This document shows positions 25,435-34,559 of a stretch of 64,000 nucleotides of DNA, in pieces. Position numbers and translations under genes: made by a program. The stretch covers positions 16,219 to 80,218 of the forward strand of contig DASRIR010000337.1 of assembly GCA_035649875.1 (NCBI GenBank), written 5' to 3'. The first letter of the stretch is position 1, and every line of letters starts with the position of its first letter. The notes beneath the pieces are model-generated. The model was not told where the DNA came from and did no database searches. It saw only the letters and a program-made list of their open reading frames with translations. Source of the DNA: Burkholderiales bacterium (GTDB lineage: Bacteria > Pseudomonadota > Gammaproteobacteria > Burkholderiales > SG8-39).

Positions 25435-26283
25435 CGAAACACAAGCTTCGTCGTAGCGCCCCGGCCCCATCGCGCCGGGCTCGAAGATCTCGCGCTCGGC
25501 GACCCACTTGAAGGATTCTTCGAACACCTCGCGCGTGTAGGGCTCGAACACGATGCGCTCGCCCGGGCCCCAGCGCCGGGTGTCGATCTGGTCGAGGAAG
25601 CGCCGGGGAAACTCCTTCGCGTAGTGGTGCGTATAAAGCTCGGGCCGCAGGTCGATGTCGCGCTGCGCGCGGCGCAGGGCGCGGAAATACTTGCGCACGT
25701 CTTCCGGATCGGGATCGCCAGTGAGCATCGAGGCCATCATGAAGGTGGTGTCGATGATCTTGCGGAAGCCAAGCTGCTCGAGGAAATAGTAGGGCCCGCT
25801 GAACAGCGCGGCCGCCGGAACCTGGCGGTCGATCAGCTTCTCCATGCGCCCGAAGAGGATCCCGTCGGCGAAGGAGAGCTTGATGTCCTCGCGCGCCAGG
25901 TATTGCTCGAGCGCCTGGATGGTCGAGTAGTGGCTACCAGACTGGTGTCCGACCGAGATCGGCACGCCTTTCAGGTCCTTCGGCCCGCGGACCGGCGACT
26001 CGGGCGGGACGAAGACCCCGCCGGGGGAGACGGAATAGCAATCCGCGACCATCTTGCCCAGGCCCTTGGAAGCGGCCACGTTCACCGTCCAGTGGCATGC
26101 GCAGCTCACGTTTGTTTCACGTCCTTCATGAAAGCTCGTGTAGGCGCCCACCTTGTCCGGGGTGGCGTGGGTCTTGAAAACTTCGCGGAATTCGTAGTCC
26201 AGGCCTTCGGCCCTGAAGTAACCCTTCTCCTCCGCGACCCACTCGTGGAGCCGGAAATGCGGGGAAATCACGAACTTAGCCAT
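25399..26283 (-). CDS. Cytoplasmic NMT1/THI5-like (PBP-fold) protein
   Basis: Start MAKFVISPHFRLHEW, no signal peptide, PBP type-II-like body. Convergent 36-nt overlap with P3. Confidence 0.6.
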   Translation of the reverse strand: MAKFVISPHFRLHEWVAEEKGYFRAEGLDYEFREVFKTHATPDKVGAYTSFHEGRETNVSCACHWTVNVAASKGLGKMVADCYSVSPGGVFVPPESPVRGPKDLKGVPISVGHQSGSHYSTIQALEQYLAREDIKLSFADGILFGRMEKLIDRQVPAAALFSGPYYFLEQLGFRKIIDTTFMMASMLTGDPDPEDVRKYFRALRRAQRDIDLRPELYTHHYAKEFPRRFLDQIDTRRWGPGERIVFEPYTREVFEESFKWVAEREIFEPGAMGPGRYDEACVSLVQRADERTPA

Positions 26284-26454
26284 CGAGAGCCTCCTGGAAG
26301 CCCCAATCATGCCAACTATTTCGCACGGCTGACAGTTGCTCAACCCGCTGTAGTGGTCTTCGGGACAAGAATGCTGGTGACGGGAAAAGGCCTAGACCGG
26401 CCGGCCCCCGGAGGACCGACCCCCGTGAAACTTACTGGGAATAGCGTAGAAGCC

Positions 26455-26709
26455 ATGAAAACCGCGCGCCAACTGCAGGAGCAACTGGAATCGCTCTTCG
26501 CGCGCTGCCCCGACCTCTGCGGGTTCGCGGTACGCGAGGATGCGCAAGAGCTCTATGTGAGCGATATCGGCATCTCGCCGCGCGTCTCGGCCGAGCAGTA
26601 CGGCGAGATCTACGAGGAGATCGCCGAGACGCTCGGCGAGCTGATCGAGCAGGAGCCCTCGGCCAGCGAGTGGCTCCGCGGCCGCACCTTCGCCCGGGTC
26701 CTGCACTAA
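26455..26709 (+). CDS. Small protein, paralog family member P4 (84 aa)
   Basis: MKTARQLQEQLESLFARCPDLCGFAVRE ... LYVSDIGISP ... IYEEIAETL ... WLRGRTFARVLH-stop. Internal ATG of track ORF 25624-26709, whose upstream part is antisense shadow. Confidence 0.75.
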   Translation: MKTARQLQEQLESLFARCPDLCGFAVREDAQELYVSDIGISPRVSAEQYGEIYEEIAETLGELIEQEPSASEWLRGRTFARVLH

Positions 26710-26803
26710 AACCGGTTTATCCCCCCGTCTAGGGGTTCGGCTGTAGTTGTTTCAGGGATTCCCCGATTGGCCTTTTTACTACAGGCCTCTAGGCTGGGAA
26801 CCC

Positions 26804-27127
26804 ATGAAGACCGCTCTACTGTACGACAGTCTGCTCGGCCGGCTAGAGGCCGACGTCCAGGCCCGCATCCGCTCGCTTTTCGCGCGTTGCCCCTCGCTCC
26901 ACGGCTTCGCCGTCCAGGACCGCGCCTCGCTGCCGAAGGATGTCGATCCCACCCGCATTCCGGATGCCGATCTCTTCGTCACCGACATCGGCGTCTTTCC
27001 CAAGGTCGACTCGCAGTACGACGAGATCCACGACGAGATCACCATCGCGATCTCGGACCTGGTGCACGACCAGCCGCACGCCTACGACTACCTGCGCGGC
27101 AAGACTTTCGCGCGGTCGCTGCACTGA
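26804..27127 (+). CDS. Small protein, paralog family member P5 (107 aa)
   Basis: MKTALLYD...LFARCPSLHGFAVQD ... LFVTDIGVFP ... IHDEITIAI ... YLRGKTFARSLH-stop. In tandem with P4. Confidence 0.75.
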   Translation: MKTALLYDSLLGRLEADVQARIRSLFARCPSLHGFAVQDRASLPKDVDPTRIPDADLFVTDIGVFPKVDSQYDEIHDEITIAISDLVHDQPHAYDYLRGKTFARSLH

Positions 27128-27182
27128 CCGGCGAAGTCCCGCAGCAACTCCTGAGGTAACCGAACTCGAAGGGGGACCGCGA

Positions 27183-27219
27183 GCACGCGCGCCACAGCCG
27201 GGAGGGCTGTGGCGCGTGC
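27183..27219. terminator. Hairpin between convergent genes (possible bidirectional terminator)
   Basis: CGCGCCACAGCC-GGGA-GGGCTGTGGCGCG inverted repeat between the P5 stop and the GcvT-like gene stop. Confidence 0.5.
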
Positions 27220-27226
27220 GCCGCCG

Positions 27227-28354
27227 CTAGGACTTGGCGATCGCTTTCTTCGGGTCGATGAAGGGCATCGGCACCACCAGGGCGCTGCGCGCACCGCCCG
27301 GCGCTTCGATCTTCAGCTTTTTCTCCGACGCCTTTTCGATCGGCAGCATCGCGTAGCCGATGTTCTTCTTCAGGCGCGGCGAATGGACGCACGACGTCAC
27401 GAAGCCGCCGCCCTTCACCGGGTAGCGCGTCATGTTCATGTCCATCTTTGCGCCGCCGATTTCCAAGCCTATGAGTTTGCGGGAAGGACCTTCGCGGGAA
27501 ATCCTTCGGAGAGCATCCCTGCCGATGAACTCCGCCGGCTTGTCCAGGTTCACGAGGCGCTCCAGGCCGACCTCGTAGGGGTTGTTGTCGAGCGTCATGT
27601 CGATGCCGTAGTTGAGGATGCCGGCTTCGATGCGGCGGATGTCGGAGGGGCCGGTGGGCGCGATGTTGAAGCGCTTGCCCGCTTTCATCACGCGGTTCCA
27701 CAGGTCGACGCCGCGCGCCGGGTCGAGCAGATAGAGCTCGTAGCCGAGCTCGCCGGTCCATCCGGTGCGCGTGACGATCAGCGGAATGTTTCCGAGCTTG
27801 GTCTCGAAGAAATGGTAATAGCCGAGTCCGAGCACCTTTTCTCCAAACAGCATCTTCATCAAGTCGCGGGACTTCGGCCCCTGGACTTGCAGCGGCGCGA
27901 CATCGAGCTCGCGCACCTCGACGTCCAGGCCGGCGCCGCGCGCGACGCCCTTCGCCCAGAGCAGCACGTCGCTGTCGGCGCAGGCGAGCCAGAAGCGGTT
28001 TTCCTCGATACGCAGCAGCACTGGATCGTTGACGATGCCGCCGGCGTCGTCGGTGAGGAGCACGTAACGCCCTTCGCCGACGCGGCACTTGGAGAGGTCG
28101 CGCGGCGTGAGCAGCTCGGCGAGCTTGAAGCCGTCGCGCCCGGCGATCTCGACGTTGCGCTCGACCGACACGTCCCAGAGCGTGACGTCGGCGAGCAGGC
28201 GCCGGTATTCGGCTTCGAAGCCGGCGTACCGGATCGGCAACAGCATGTGGTTGTACACCGTGTAGCCGCGGCAGCCGGCGCGCTGCGTCGCCTCGAAATA
28301 GGGCGAGCGCTTGAGACGGGCACCACGTTGGATCAAGGCCGGATCGAATATCAT
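27227..28354 (-). CDS. Aminomethyltransferase-family (GcvT-like) protein
   Basis: LWDVS....EI.G.D......L..RD and the folate-dependent GcvT-fold pattern, as in demethylase-type members. Confidence 0.75.
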   Translation of the reverse strand: MIFDPALIQRGARLKRSPYFEATQRAGCRGYTVYNHMLLPIRYAGFEAEYRRLLADVTLWDVSVERNVEIAGRDGFKLAELLTPRDLSKCRVGEGRYVLLTDDAGGIVNDPVLLRIEENRFWLACADSDVLLWAKGVARGAGLDVEVRELDVAPLQVQGPKSRDLMKMLFGEKVLGLGYYHFFETKLGNIPLIVTRTGWTGELGYELYLLDPARGVDLWNRVMKAGKRFNIAPTGPSDIRRIEAGILNYGIDMTLDNNPYEVGLERLVNLDKPAEFIGRDALRRISREGPSRKLIGLEIGGAKMDMNMTRYPVKGGGFVTSCVHSPRLKKNIGYAMLPIEKASEKKLKIEAPGGARSALVVPMPFIDPKKAIAKS

Positions 28355-28360
28355 TTAGTC

Positions 28361-29797
28361 ATGAAAGTCCATGAAAACTTCATTAACGGAGCATGGGCAC
28401 AGGCGCCCGAACGGGCGCCGAATATTAACCCGTCCAACGTCTCCGACGTGGTCGGCGAATATGGCCGCGCCGACCAGGTGCAGACGCGCGCAGCGATTGC
28501 TGCCGCGCGCGCTGCGTTCCCGGCCTGGTCGCGCGGCTCGATCCAGGCGCGCGCCGACATGCTCGACAAGATCGGGGCCGAGATCCTGGCGCGCAAGGAC
28601 GAGCTCGGCACGCTGCTCGCGCGCGAGGAGGGCAAGACCAAGGCCGAGGCGATCGGCGAGGCGACGCGCGCAGGGTATCTCTTCAAGTTCTTCGCCGGGG
28701 AGGTGGTGCGGCAGTCGGGCGAGGTGCTGCCCTCGGTGCGCCCGGGCATCAAGGTCGAGATCACGCGCGAGCCGGTGGGCGTGGCCGGCATCATCACGCC
28801 GTGGAACTTCCCGATCGCGATCCCGGCCTGGAAGATCGCCCCGGCCCTCGCGTACGGCAATTGCGTGGTGTTCAAGCCCGCGGACCTGGTGCCGGGCTGC
28901 GCCTGGGCGCTCACGGAGATCATCAGCAAGGCCGGCGTGCCGGCGGGCGTGTTCAACCTGGTGATGGGGCGGGGCTCGGTGATCGGCGAGCTCCTTTCCA
29001 AGGATCCCGGCATCGACGCGGTGAGCTTTACCGGCTCGGTCGCGGTGGGCAGGCAAGTGGCGCAGAACTGCGCCGCGCGGCTCGCCAAGGTGCAGCTCGA
29101 GATGGGCGGCAAGAACCCGCAGGTCGTGCTCGACGACGCCGACCTCGACACCGCGGTGAACGTTTCGCTGCAGAGCGCGTTCTTTTCCACCGGCCAGCGC
29201 TGCACCGCTTCGAGCCGCCTGATCGTGACGGAGGGAATACACGATCGCTTTGTTGCCGCCCTGACTTCCAAGATGAAGTCGCTGAAGGTGGACGATGCGC
29301 TGAAGGACGGGACCGATATCGGTCCGGTCGTCGACGAGCGCCAGCTCGAGCAGGACCTGAAGTACATCGCGCTCGGCAAGAAGGAAGGCGCCAAGCTCGC
29401 GCAGGGCGGCAACCGGCTCGAGCGCGAGAAGCAGGGGTATTACCTCGAACCCGCCTTGTTTACGGAATCCAGCGCGGAAATGCAGATCAACCGCGAAGAA
29501 ATCTTCGGGCCGGTCGCGGCGGTGATCCGCGTCAAGAACTACGACGAGGCGCTCGCAGTGGCGAATGACACGCCCTTCGGCCTGTCGTCGGGCATCGCGA
29601 CCACTTCGCTCAAGCACGCCGAGCACTTCAAGCGCAATTCCGCCGCCGGCATGGTGATGGTCAATCTGCCGACCGCGGGCGTGGACTACCACGTGCCCTT
29701 CGGCGGGCGCAAAGGCTCGAGCTACGGGCCGCGCGAGCAGGGCCGCTATGCGGTCGAGTTCTACACCACCGTCAAGACGAGCTACGTCAGTCCCTGA
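28361..29797 (+). CDS. NAD(P)-dependent aldehyde dehydrogenase
   Basis: LEMGGKNP and FFSTGQRCTASSR catalytic Glu/Cys motifs. Start MKVHENFINGAW. Confidence 0.9.
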   Translation: MKVHENFINGAWAQAPERAPNINPSNVSDVVGEYGRADQVQTRAAIAAARAAFPAWSRGSIQARADMLDKIGAEILARKDELGTLLAREEGKTKAEAIGEATRAGYLFKFFAGEVVRQSGEVLPSVRPGIKVEITREPVGVAGIITPWNFPIAIPAWKIAPALAYGNCVVFKPADLVPGCAWALTEIISKAGVPAGVFNLVMGRGSVIGELLSKDPGIDAVSFTGSVAVGRQVAQNCAARLAKVQLEMGGKNPQVVLDDADLDTAVNVSLQSAFFSTGQRCTASSRLIVTEGIHDRFVAALTSKMKSLKVDDALKDGTDIGPVVDERQLEQDLKYIALGKKEGAKLAQGGNRLEREKQGYYLEPALFTESSAEMQINREEIFGPVAAVIRVKNYDEALAVANDTPFGLSSGIATTSLKHAEHFKRNSAAGMVMVNLPTAGVDYHVPFGGRKGSSYGPREQGRYAVEFYTTVKTSYVSP

Positions 29798-31072
29798 ATG
29801 GATCTCGCCCTCCAGGTCGGGAAGTACGAGGTGTTGAAGATGCTCGGCAAAGGTGCGAGCGGCACGGTCTACCTTGCCAAGGACAGCTTCACCGGCAAGG
29901 AGGTTGCGCTCAAGACGATCGAGCCCGAGGTGTTCCGCGACCCGGAGTTCGGCACAGTGTACCGCTCGCAGTTCCTGAACGAGGCTTCGCTCGCGGGCAA
30001 GCTGCGCCACCCCCACATCGTCAGCATCCTCGACGCGGTGGTGGGCGAGGACTCGGGCCACATTGCGATGGAGCTCGTCACCGGCGGCGACCTCGCGCAG
30101 CACTGCACGCCCAACGCGCTGCTGCCGGTGCCCGACGTGCTGCAGATCGGCTTCAAGTGCTGCGGCGCGCTCGAGTACGCGGCGAAAGAGGGCATCGTCC
30201 ACCGCGACATCAAGCCGGCGAACATCATGCTCGCCAGCGGCACGGAGGTGAAGATCGCCGACTTCGGCGCCGCGTTCCTGAAGAAAAGCCAGGTGGTGCA
30301 GACCGCCGCGCTCGGCTCGCCCTACTACATGTCGCCCGAGCAGATCGAGGGCAAGGCCGCGCTCACCTTCCACAGCGACATGTACTCGCTCGGCGTGGTG
30401 CTCTATGAGCTGCTCACCGGCAAAAAGCCTTTCCTCGGCAACAACCTCGAGGACCTGGTGGCGAAGATCCTCAAGTTCGAGCCGGTGCCGCCGAGCCAAG
30501 CGCGCACCGAGCTGCCGAAAGCGCTCGACGCCTTGGTGCTGCGCGCGCTGAAGAAGGACCCGATGCAGCGCTACGCCACCTGGCCGGAGTTCGCACTCGA
30601 GCTTTCCAAGGCGGGCGAGCTCGTGCTGCCGCCGGGCACGATTCCCGACAGCGAGAAGTACGTGACGCTGAAGAACGTGCCGATGCTCGCGCAGCTCGGC
30701 GATTCCGAGCTCTGGGAGCTGGCGCGCGCCGGTCGCTGGCGCCGCGTGCCCAAGGGCATCCCGATCGTGCACGAGGACGAGTCGGGCCGCAGCTTCTTCT
30801 TCCTCGCCAAGGGCGAGGCCAAGGTGACGAAGAAGAAAAAGCTGCTCAACATGGTGAACGGCGGCGAGTGCTTCGGCGAGATGGCTTACATCGGCGGCAA
30901 CGACCAGCGCCGGCAAGCCACGGTCGAGGCGATGACCGAGCTGCTGCTCGCCGAGTTCGACGCGGCGGCGCTGGAGAAGATGAGCATGGGCGCGCAGCTC
31001 CAGCTCACGCGCGCGCTGGTGCGCAACGTCACCGACCGGCTTGCCCTCGCCAACGTCCGGCTCGCAGGATAG
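29798..31072 (+). CDS. Ser/Thr protein kinase fused to a C-terminal cyclic-nucleotide-binding domain
   Basis: GKGASGTVY...ALK, HRDIKPANIM, DFG and SPE kinase motifs. The C-terminus FFFLAKGEAKV....GECFGEMAY is cNMP-binding-like. The ATG directly follows the aldehyde dehydrogenase TGA. Confidence 0.85.
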   Translation: MDLALQVGKYEVLKMLGKGASGTVYLAKDSFTGKEVALKTIEPEVFRDPEFGTVYRSQFLNEASLAGKLRHPHIVSILDAVVGEDSGHIAMELVTGGDLAQHCTPNALLPVPDVLQIGFKCCGALEYAAKEGIVHRDIKPANIMLASGTEVKIADFGAAFLKKSQVVQTAALGSPYYMSPEQIEGKAALTFHSDMYSLGVVLYELLTGKKPFLGNNLEDLVAKILKFEPVPPSQARTELPKALDALVLRALKKDPMQRYATWPEFALELSKAGELVLPPGTIPDSEKYVTLKNVPMLAQLGDSELWELARAGRWRRVPKGIPIVHEDESGRSFFFLAKGEAKVTKKKKLLNMVNGGECFGEMAYIGGNDQRRQATVEAMTELLLAEFDAAALEKMSMGAQLQLTRALVRNVTDRLALANVRLAG

Positions 31073-31136
31073 GCGAACCGCCAGGGCCGAGGCCGTCCGG
31101 GCGCCGCCGTGGCTGGCGCGCCTTCTGGTTCCGTTC

Positions 31137-31919
31137 ATGGCGCGCCACATTGCGCGCGAGCTGTCCGCGAAGTATCCCGACCTCGGTCCGCAGGAAATCG
31201 CGGAAAAGATGCGCGCGGACGTGCAGGAAAAGCTGGGACGCGCCCCGAACGAGCAGGAGGCACGGATCATCGACGCGGTCGCTGCGCGTTCTCCCAGAGC
31301 AGCGGCGCCTGCGGAAAAACCGCTTTCGGCCTGGGTGCTGGTGGTCGCGAATCTCGTGCCGCTCGCCGGCGTGCTGCTCTGGGGGTGGGATGCCTTCGCC
31401 CTCATCGCCCTCTTCTGGATGGAAAACGTGGTGGTGGGCATCTTCTTCGCCTTGCGTATGCTCGCGCTCGACCCGCGCGACCTCGCGTTGTGGCTCGCGA
31501 AGCTCTTCATGGTGTCCTTCTTCTGCGTGCACTACGGCATGTTCACCGCGATCCACGGCAGCTTCGTGTTCGGCATGCTGGGCGGCAAGCGCTACGACGT
31601 GCCGGGGTTCCTGCCGCTGGAGCCTGCGCTTCGCGCCGCGACCGACTTCGGCCTGTGGCTGCCGCTCGGCGTGCTGTTCGCGAGCCATCTCTTCTCTTTC
31701 CTGTGGAATTACCTCTATCGCGGCGAGTACCAGCGCGCCGAGCTGGCCAAGCTGATGACGCAGCCCTATGGGCGCGTCGTGGTGCTGCACGTCGCGATTC
31801 TTCTCGGCGGCTTCGGCGCGCTCGCGCTCGGCTCGCCGGTGTGGGCGCTCCTCGTGCTGCTCGCCATGAAAATCGGGCTTGACTTGAAGGCGCACGTCAA
31901 AGAACACTCGAAGAAATGA
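31137..31919 (+). CDS. Polytopic membrane protein (DUF6498-like)
   Basis: ALIALFWMENVVVGIFF and multiple TM helices. The start at MARHIAREL is uncertain. Confidence 0.55.
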   Translation: MARHIARELSAKYPDLGPQEIAEKMRADVQEKLGRAPNEQEARIIDAVAARSPRAAAPAEKPLSAWVLVVANLVPLAGVLLWGWDAFALIALFWMENVVVGIFFALRMLALDPRDLALWLAKLFMVSFFCVHYGMFTAIHGSFVFGMLGGKRYDVPGFLPLEPALRAATDFGLWLPLGVLFASHLFSFLWNYLYRGEYQRAELAKLMTQPYGRVVVLHVAILLGGFGALALGSPVWALLVLLAMKIGLDLKAHVKEHSKK

Positions 31920-32716
31920 AGGCCAAGCGCATCGCGATCCTGGAGAGCCGCCTCGGCGAGCAGCTCGCCGACCTGGTGAAGCAGCGCGGCGGCGTGCCGT
32001 TTCACGCCCCGGCGCTCGCCGAGCTTCCGGACCTCGAGCCGCAGAAAATCGCCGCGCTGGTGCGCTCGCTGGAGGAAAAGCCGGCGAAGCTCTTCATCTT
32101 CCAGACCGGCGTGGGAGCGCGGGCATTGTTTTCAGCCTTGGACAACCTGCAGCAAACCGAACGGTTCTTGTCCCTCTTGGAAAAAGGCATAGTCGCCGCA
32201 CGCGGTCCCAAGCCCACCGGCGCGCTGCGCTCGCGCGGTGTGCGCATCGACCGCAGCGCCGCGGATCCCTTCACCACCAAGGAGATTCTCGCCTCCATCC
32301 TGGACCTCGACCTGAAGTGCGCCCGCGTAATCATCCAGCGCTACGGCAGCGCCAACGCTGAGCTGGATCACGCGCTGGAAGCGCGCGGCGCGCAGGTCAC
32401 GGAGATCCCGACCTACCGCTGGTCGCTGCCGGCAGACACCGAGCCGCTCGAGCGGCTGATCGGCGCGCTCGAGCGCGGCGAGATGCACGCCGCGGTGTTC
32501 ACCAATGGCGAGCAGGTGAGGAATCTGTTCGCGGTTGCGGAGAAGCTGAAGAAGAAGGAGTCGCTGCAAAAGGCGCTGAACGGCACGCTGGTCGCATCCA
32601 TCGGTCCGGTCGCCTCGGCGGCGCTGCAGGAATTCAACGTTAAGGTCGGCCTGGAATCCAAGCCGCCCAAACTCGGAGCACTAATGTCTGCCCTCGATTC
32701 GGCACTTTCACGATGA
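31916..32716 (+). CDS. Uroporphyrinogen-III synthase (HemD/HEM4) family protein
   Basis: Two-lobe HEM4 pattern (IFQTGVGARALF, AAVFTNGEQVRNLF). ATGA overlap with the upstream gene. Confidence 0.65.
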   Translation: MKAKRIAILESRLGEQLADLVKQRGGVPFHAPALAELPDLEPQKIAALVRSLEEKPAKLFIFQTGVGARALFSALDNLQQTERFLSLLEKGIVAARGPKPTGALRSRGVRIDRSAADPFTTKEILASILDLDLKCARVIIQRYGSANAELDHALEARGAQVTEIPTYRWSLPADTEPLERLIGALERGEMHAAVFTNGEQVRNLFAVAEKLKKKESLQKALNGTLVASIGPVASAALQEFNVKVGLESKPPKLGALMSALDSALSR

Positions 32717-33672
32717 AAAAAATCATCCTTGCGTGGCTGCTTGGGTGGTCCACGGTTGCCCTGGCACAGCCCTATCCATCGAAACCCATTCGCCTGGTGG
32801 TCGGCTTCGCGCCCGGTGGCGCGGCGGACTTCGTGTCGCGCGCGTTCCAGGAGCCGCTCGGGAAAGCGCTCGGCCAACCGATCGTGGTCGAGAACCGGCC
32901 CGGCGCCGGCTCGAGCATCGCCGCGGAGCACGTGGCGAAGGCCGCGCCCGACGGCTACACGGTGCTGATCGCGAGCCCGTCGAGCATCCTGGTGAATCCG
33001 GTGATCTCGCCCAAGGCGGGCTTCCAGCCGCTCAAGGATCTGGTGCCGATCAGCAAGGTGAGCTCCTCGCCCCTCATACTCGCGGTGAATCCCGGTGTGG
33101 GCGTGGGCTCGGTGCAGGAGCTGGTCGCGCACGCCAAGAAGAATCCCGGCAAGCTGAACTACGCCACTTCGGGCAACGGCTCGGCGCCGCACATGGCGGC
33201 GGTGCTGTTCCTGCGCCTGGCGCAGGTGGACATGGTGCACGTGCCCTTCAAGGGCGGCGCGCCCGCGGTGCAGTCGGTACTCGCGGGCGATACGCAGCTC
33301 GCGTTCGCCACGCCGCCCTCGGTGCTGCCGCTCGTGCAGGCGGGACGGCTGCGCGCGCTCGCCATCACGAGCCGCAGCGCGACGCCGCTCATTCCGGGCG
33401 TGCCGGGGATGGGCGAAGTGGGCCTGCCGGACTACGAGATCGGCTTCTGGTACGGGTTCTTCGTGCCGGCGGGCACGCCGACCGACGTGGTGCGCAAGCT
33501 CTACGACGCCACGAGCCAGGTGCTCAAGCTGCCGGACACGGCGCGCATCCTGGCGAAGGAGGGCACCGAGACCGCGGGCTCGGCATCGCCGGAAGACTTC
33601 GCGCGCTTCCTCGCCGAGGACGCCAAGCTCTGGGCGCGCCTGGTCAAGGAGTCGGGCGCCAAGGCCGAGTAG
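32713..33672 (+). CDS. Bug-family (TctC-like) tripartite tricarboxylate transporter substrate-binding protein
   Basis: Signal peptide followed by PYPSKPIRLVVGFAPGGAADF. Confidence 0.9.
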   Translation: MKKIILAWLLGWSTVALAQPYPSKPIRLVVGFAPGGAADFVSRAFQEPLGKALGQPIVVENRPGAGSSIAAEHVAKAAPDGYTVLIASPSSILVNPVISPKAGFQPLKDLVPISKVSSSPLILAVNPGVGVGSVQELVAHAKKNPGKLNYATSGNGSAPHMAAVLFLRLAQVDMVHVPFKGGAPAVQSVLAGDTQLAFATPPSVLPLVQAGRLRALAITSRSATPLIPGVPGMGEVGLPDYEIGFWYGFFVPAGTPTDVVRKLYDATSQVLKLPDTARILAKEGTETAGSASPEDFARFLAEDAKLWARLVKESGAKAE

Positions 33673-33687
33673 GGAAGGGGTAGAAAA

Positions 33688-34029
33688 CTACAACCGCTTG
33701 CCGAGGACGTTGTCCATGTTGCCGCCGGTCTTCATGCACGAGGTGAACAGCTCCTCGGCGAAGGCCTGGCTGTTGGTGGCGTTGCCGCTGCGGTAGGCGG
33801 CGTCGAGGATGTCCTTCATCAGCTCGCGGCCGCGCGCCGATTCCGAGACGTCGTAGATGCGCGCCATGATGGCGCTCGCCTGCGGCCGCTGCACCTCTTC
33901 CTGCGCGAGCGAGCGCGCCACCACCGCCATGTCGGCGGCGATGCCGCACTCCATCGCGCTTTCCGCCCTGGGCGCGGCGAGCGCCGAAGCGCTCGCCGCC
34001 GCAAGGACTGCTGCCATTAGCTCTTTCAC
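33688..34029 (-). CDS. Small secreted protein, function unknown
   Basis: GTGA overlap with the upstream EF-hand gene. Signal-like MAAVLAAASASALA. Confidence 0.45.
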   Translation of the reverse strand: MKELMAAVLAAASASALAAPRAESAMECGIAADMAVVARSLAQEEVQRPQASAIMARIYDVSESARGRELMKDILDAAYRSGNATNSQAFAEELFTSCMKTGGNMDNVLGKRL

Positions 34030-34478
34030 TGTTTTTGTCCCGGTTTGTCGCCGACGCCGCTGGTGCTCGAGCCGCTCTGCGTGCCGCCGGGGCCGACCGA
34101 GCCGCCCATGCCGCCGGTGGTGCTGGGGCTGCGCGCATCCTTGTCGGTCGTCGCGCCGGCCGCGCCGGTGCTGCCGAGCGCGCCGTATTCGCTCTGCGAA
34201 ATGCGCCCGTCGTTGTCCTTGTCGAGCTCGCTGAAGCGGCTTTGCCACGATGCGTCGCGCGCCTCGTCACGGGAGATGTAGCCGTCGTTGTTACGGTCCA
34301 TCGCGCTGAAGCCACTCGCGCTTGCGCCCGCGCCGGATTGGTCCTTCACGCCGTGCTTTGCCGGCGGCGCCGCGGGATTGCTGTCCTTCGGGTCGGCGGT
34401 GGTCCGGCCGGGCGATTGCGCCAGCGCAGGGGCGGCGAACGCCGCCGCGATTGCCAGCGTGATGAGTTGCTTTTTCAT
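34026..34478 (-). CDS. Secreted EF-hand calcium-binding protein
   Basis: Signal MKKQLITLAIAAAFAAPALA. Two EF loops, DRNNDGYISRDE and DKDNDGRISQSE. Confidence 0.75.
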   Translation of the reverse strand: MKKQLITLAIAAAFAAPALAQSPGRTTADPKDSNPAAPPAKHGVKDQSGAGASASGFSAMDRNNDGYISRDEARDASWQSRFSELDKDNDGRISQSEYGALGSTGAAGATTDKDARSPSTTGGMGGSVGPGGTQSGSSTSGVGDKPGQKQ

Positions 34479-34559
34479 CAGGACCTCCATGGAGTTGGTG
34501 GGGCTTCGAACCACTCGCAATTCACGTGCCACGATCCGGTAGGATTGCCCCTCCTTCCA

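Noticed and set aside
28355-31510. 1051-aa minus-strand ORF spanning the aldehyde dehydrogenase and kinase genes
   Set aside because: It is an Arg/Ala/Gly/His-rich, low-complexity translation typical of an antisense shadow in high-GC DNA. The plus strand carries two genes with clear catalytic motifs.
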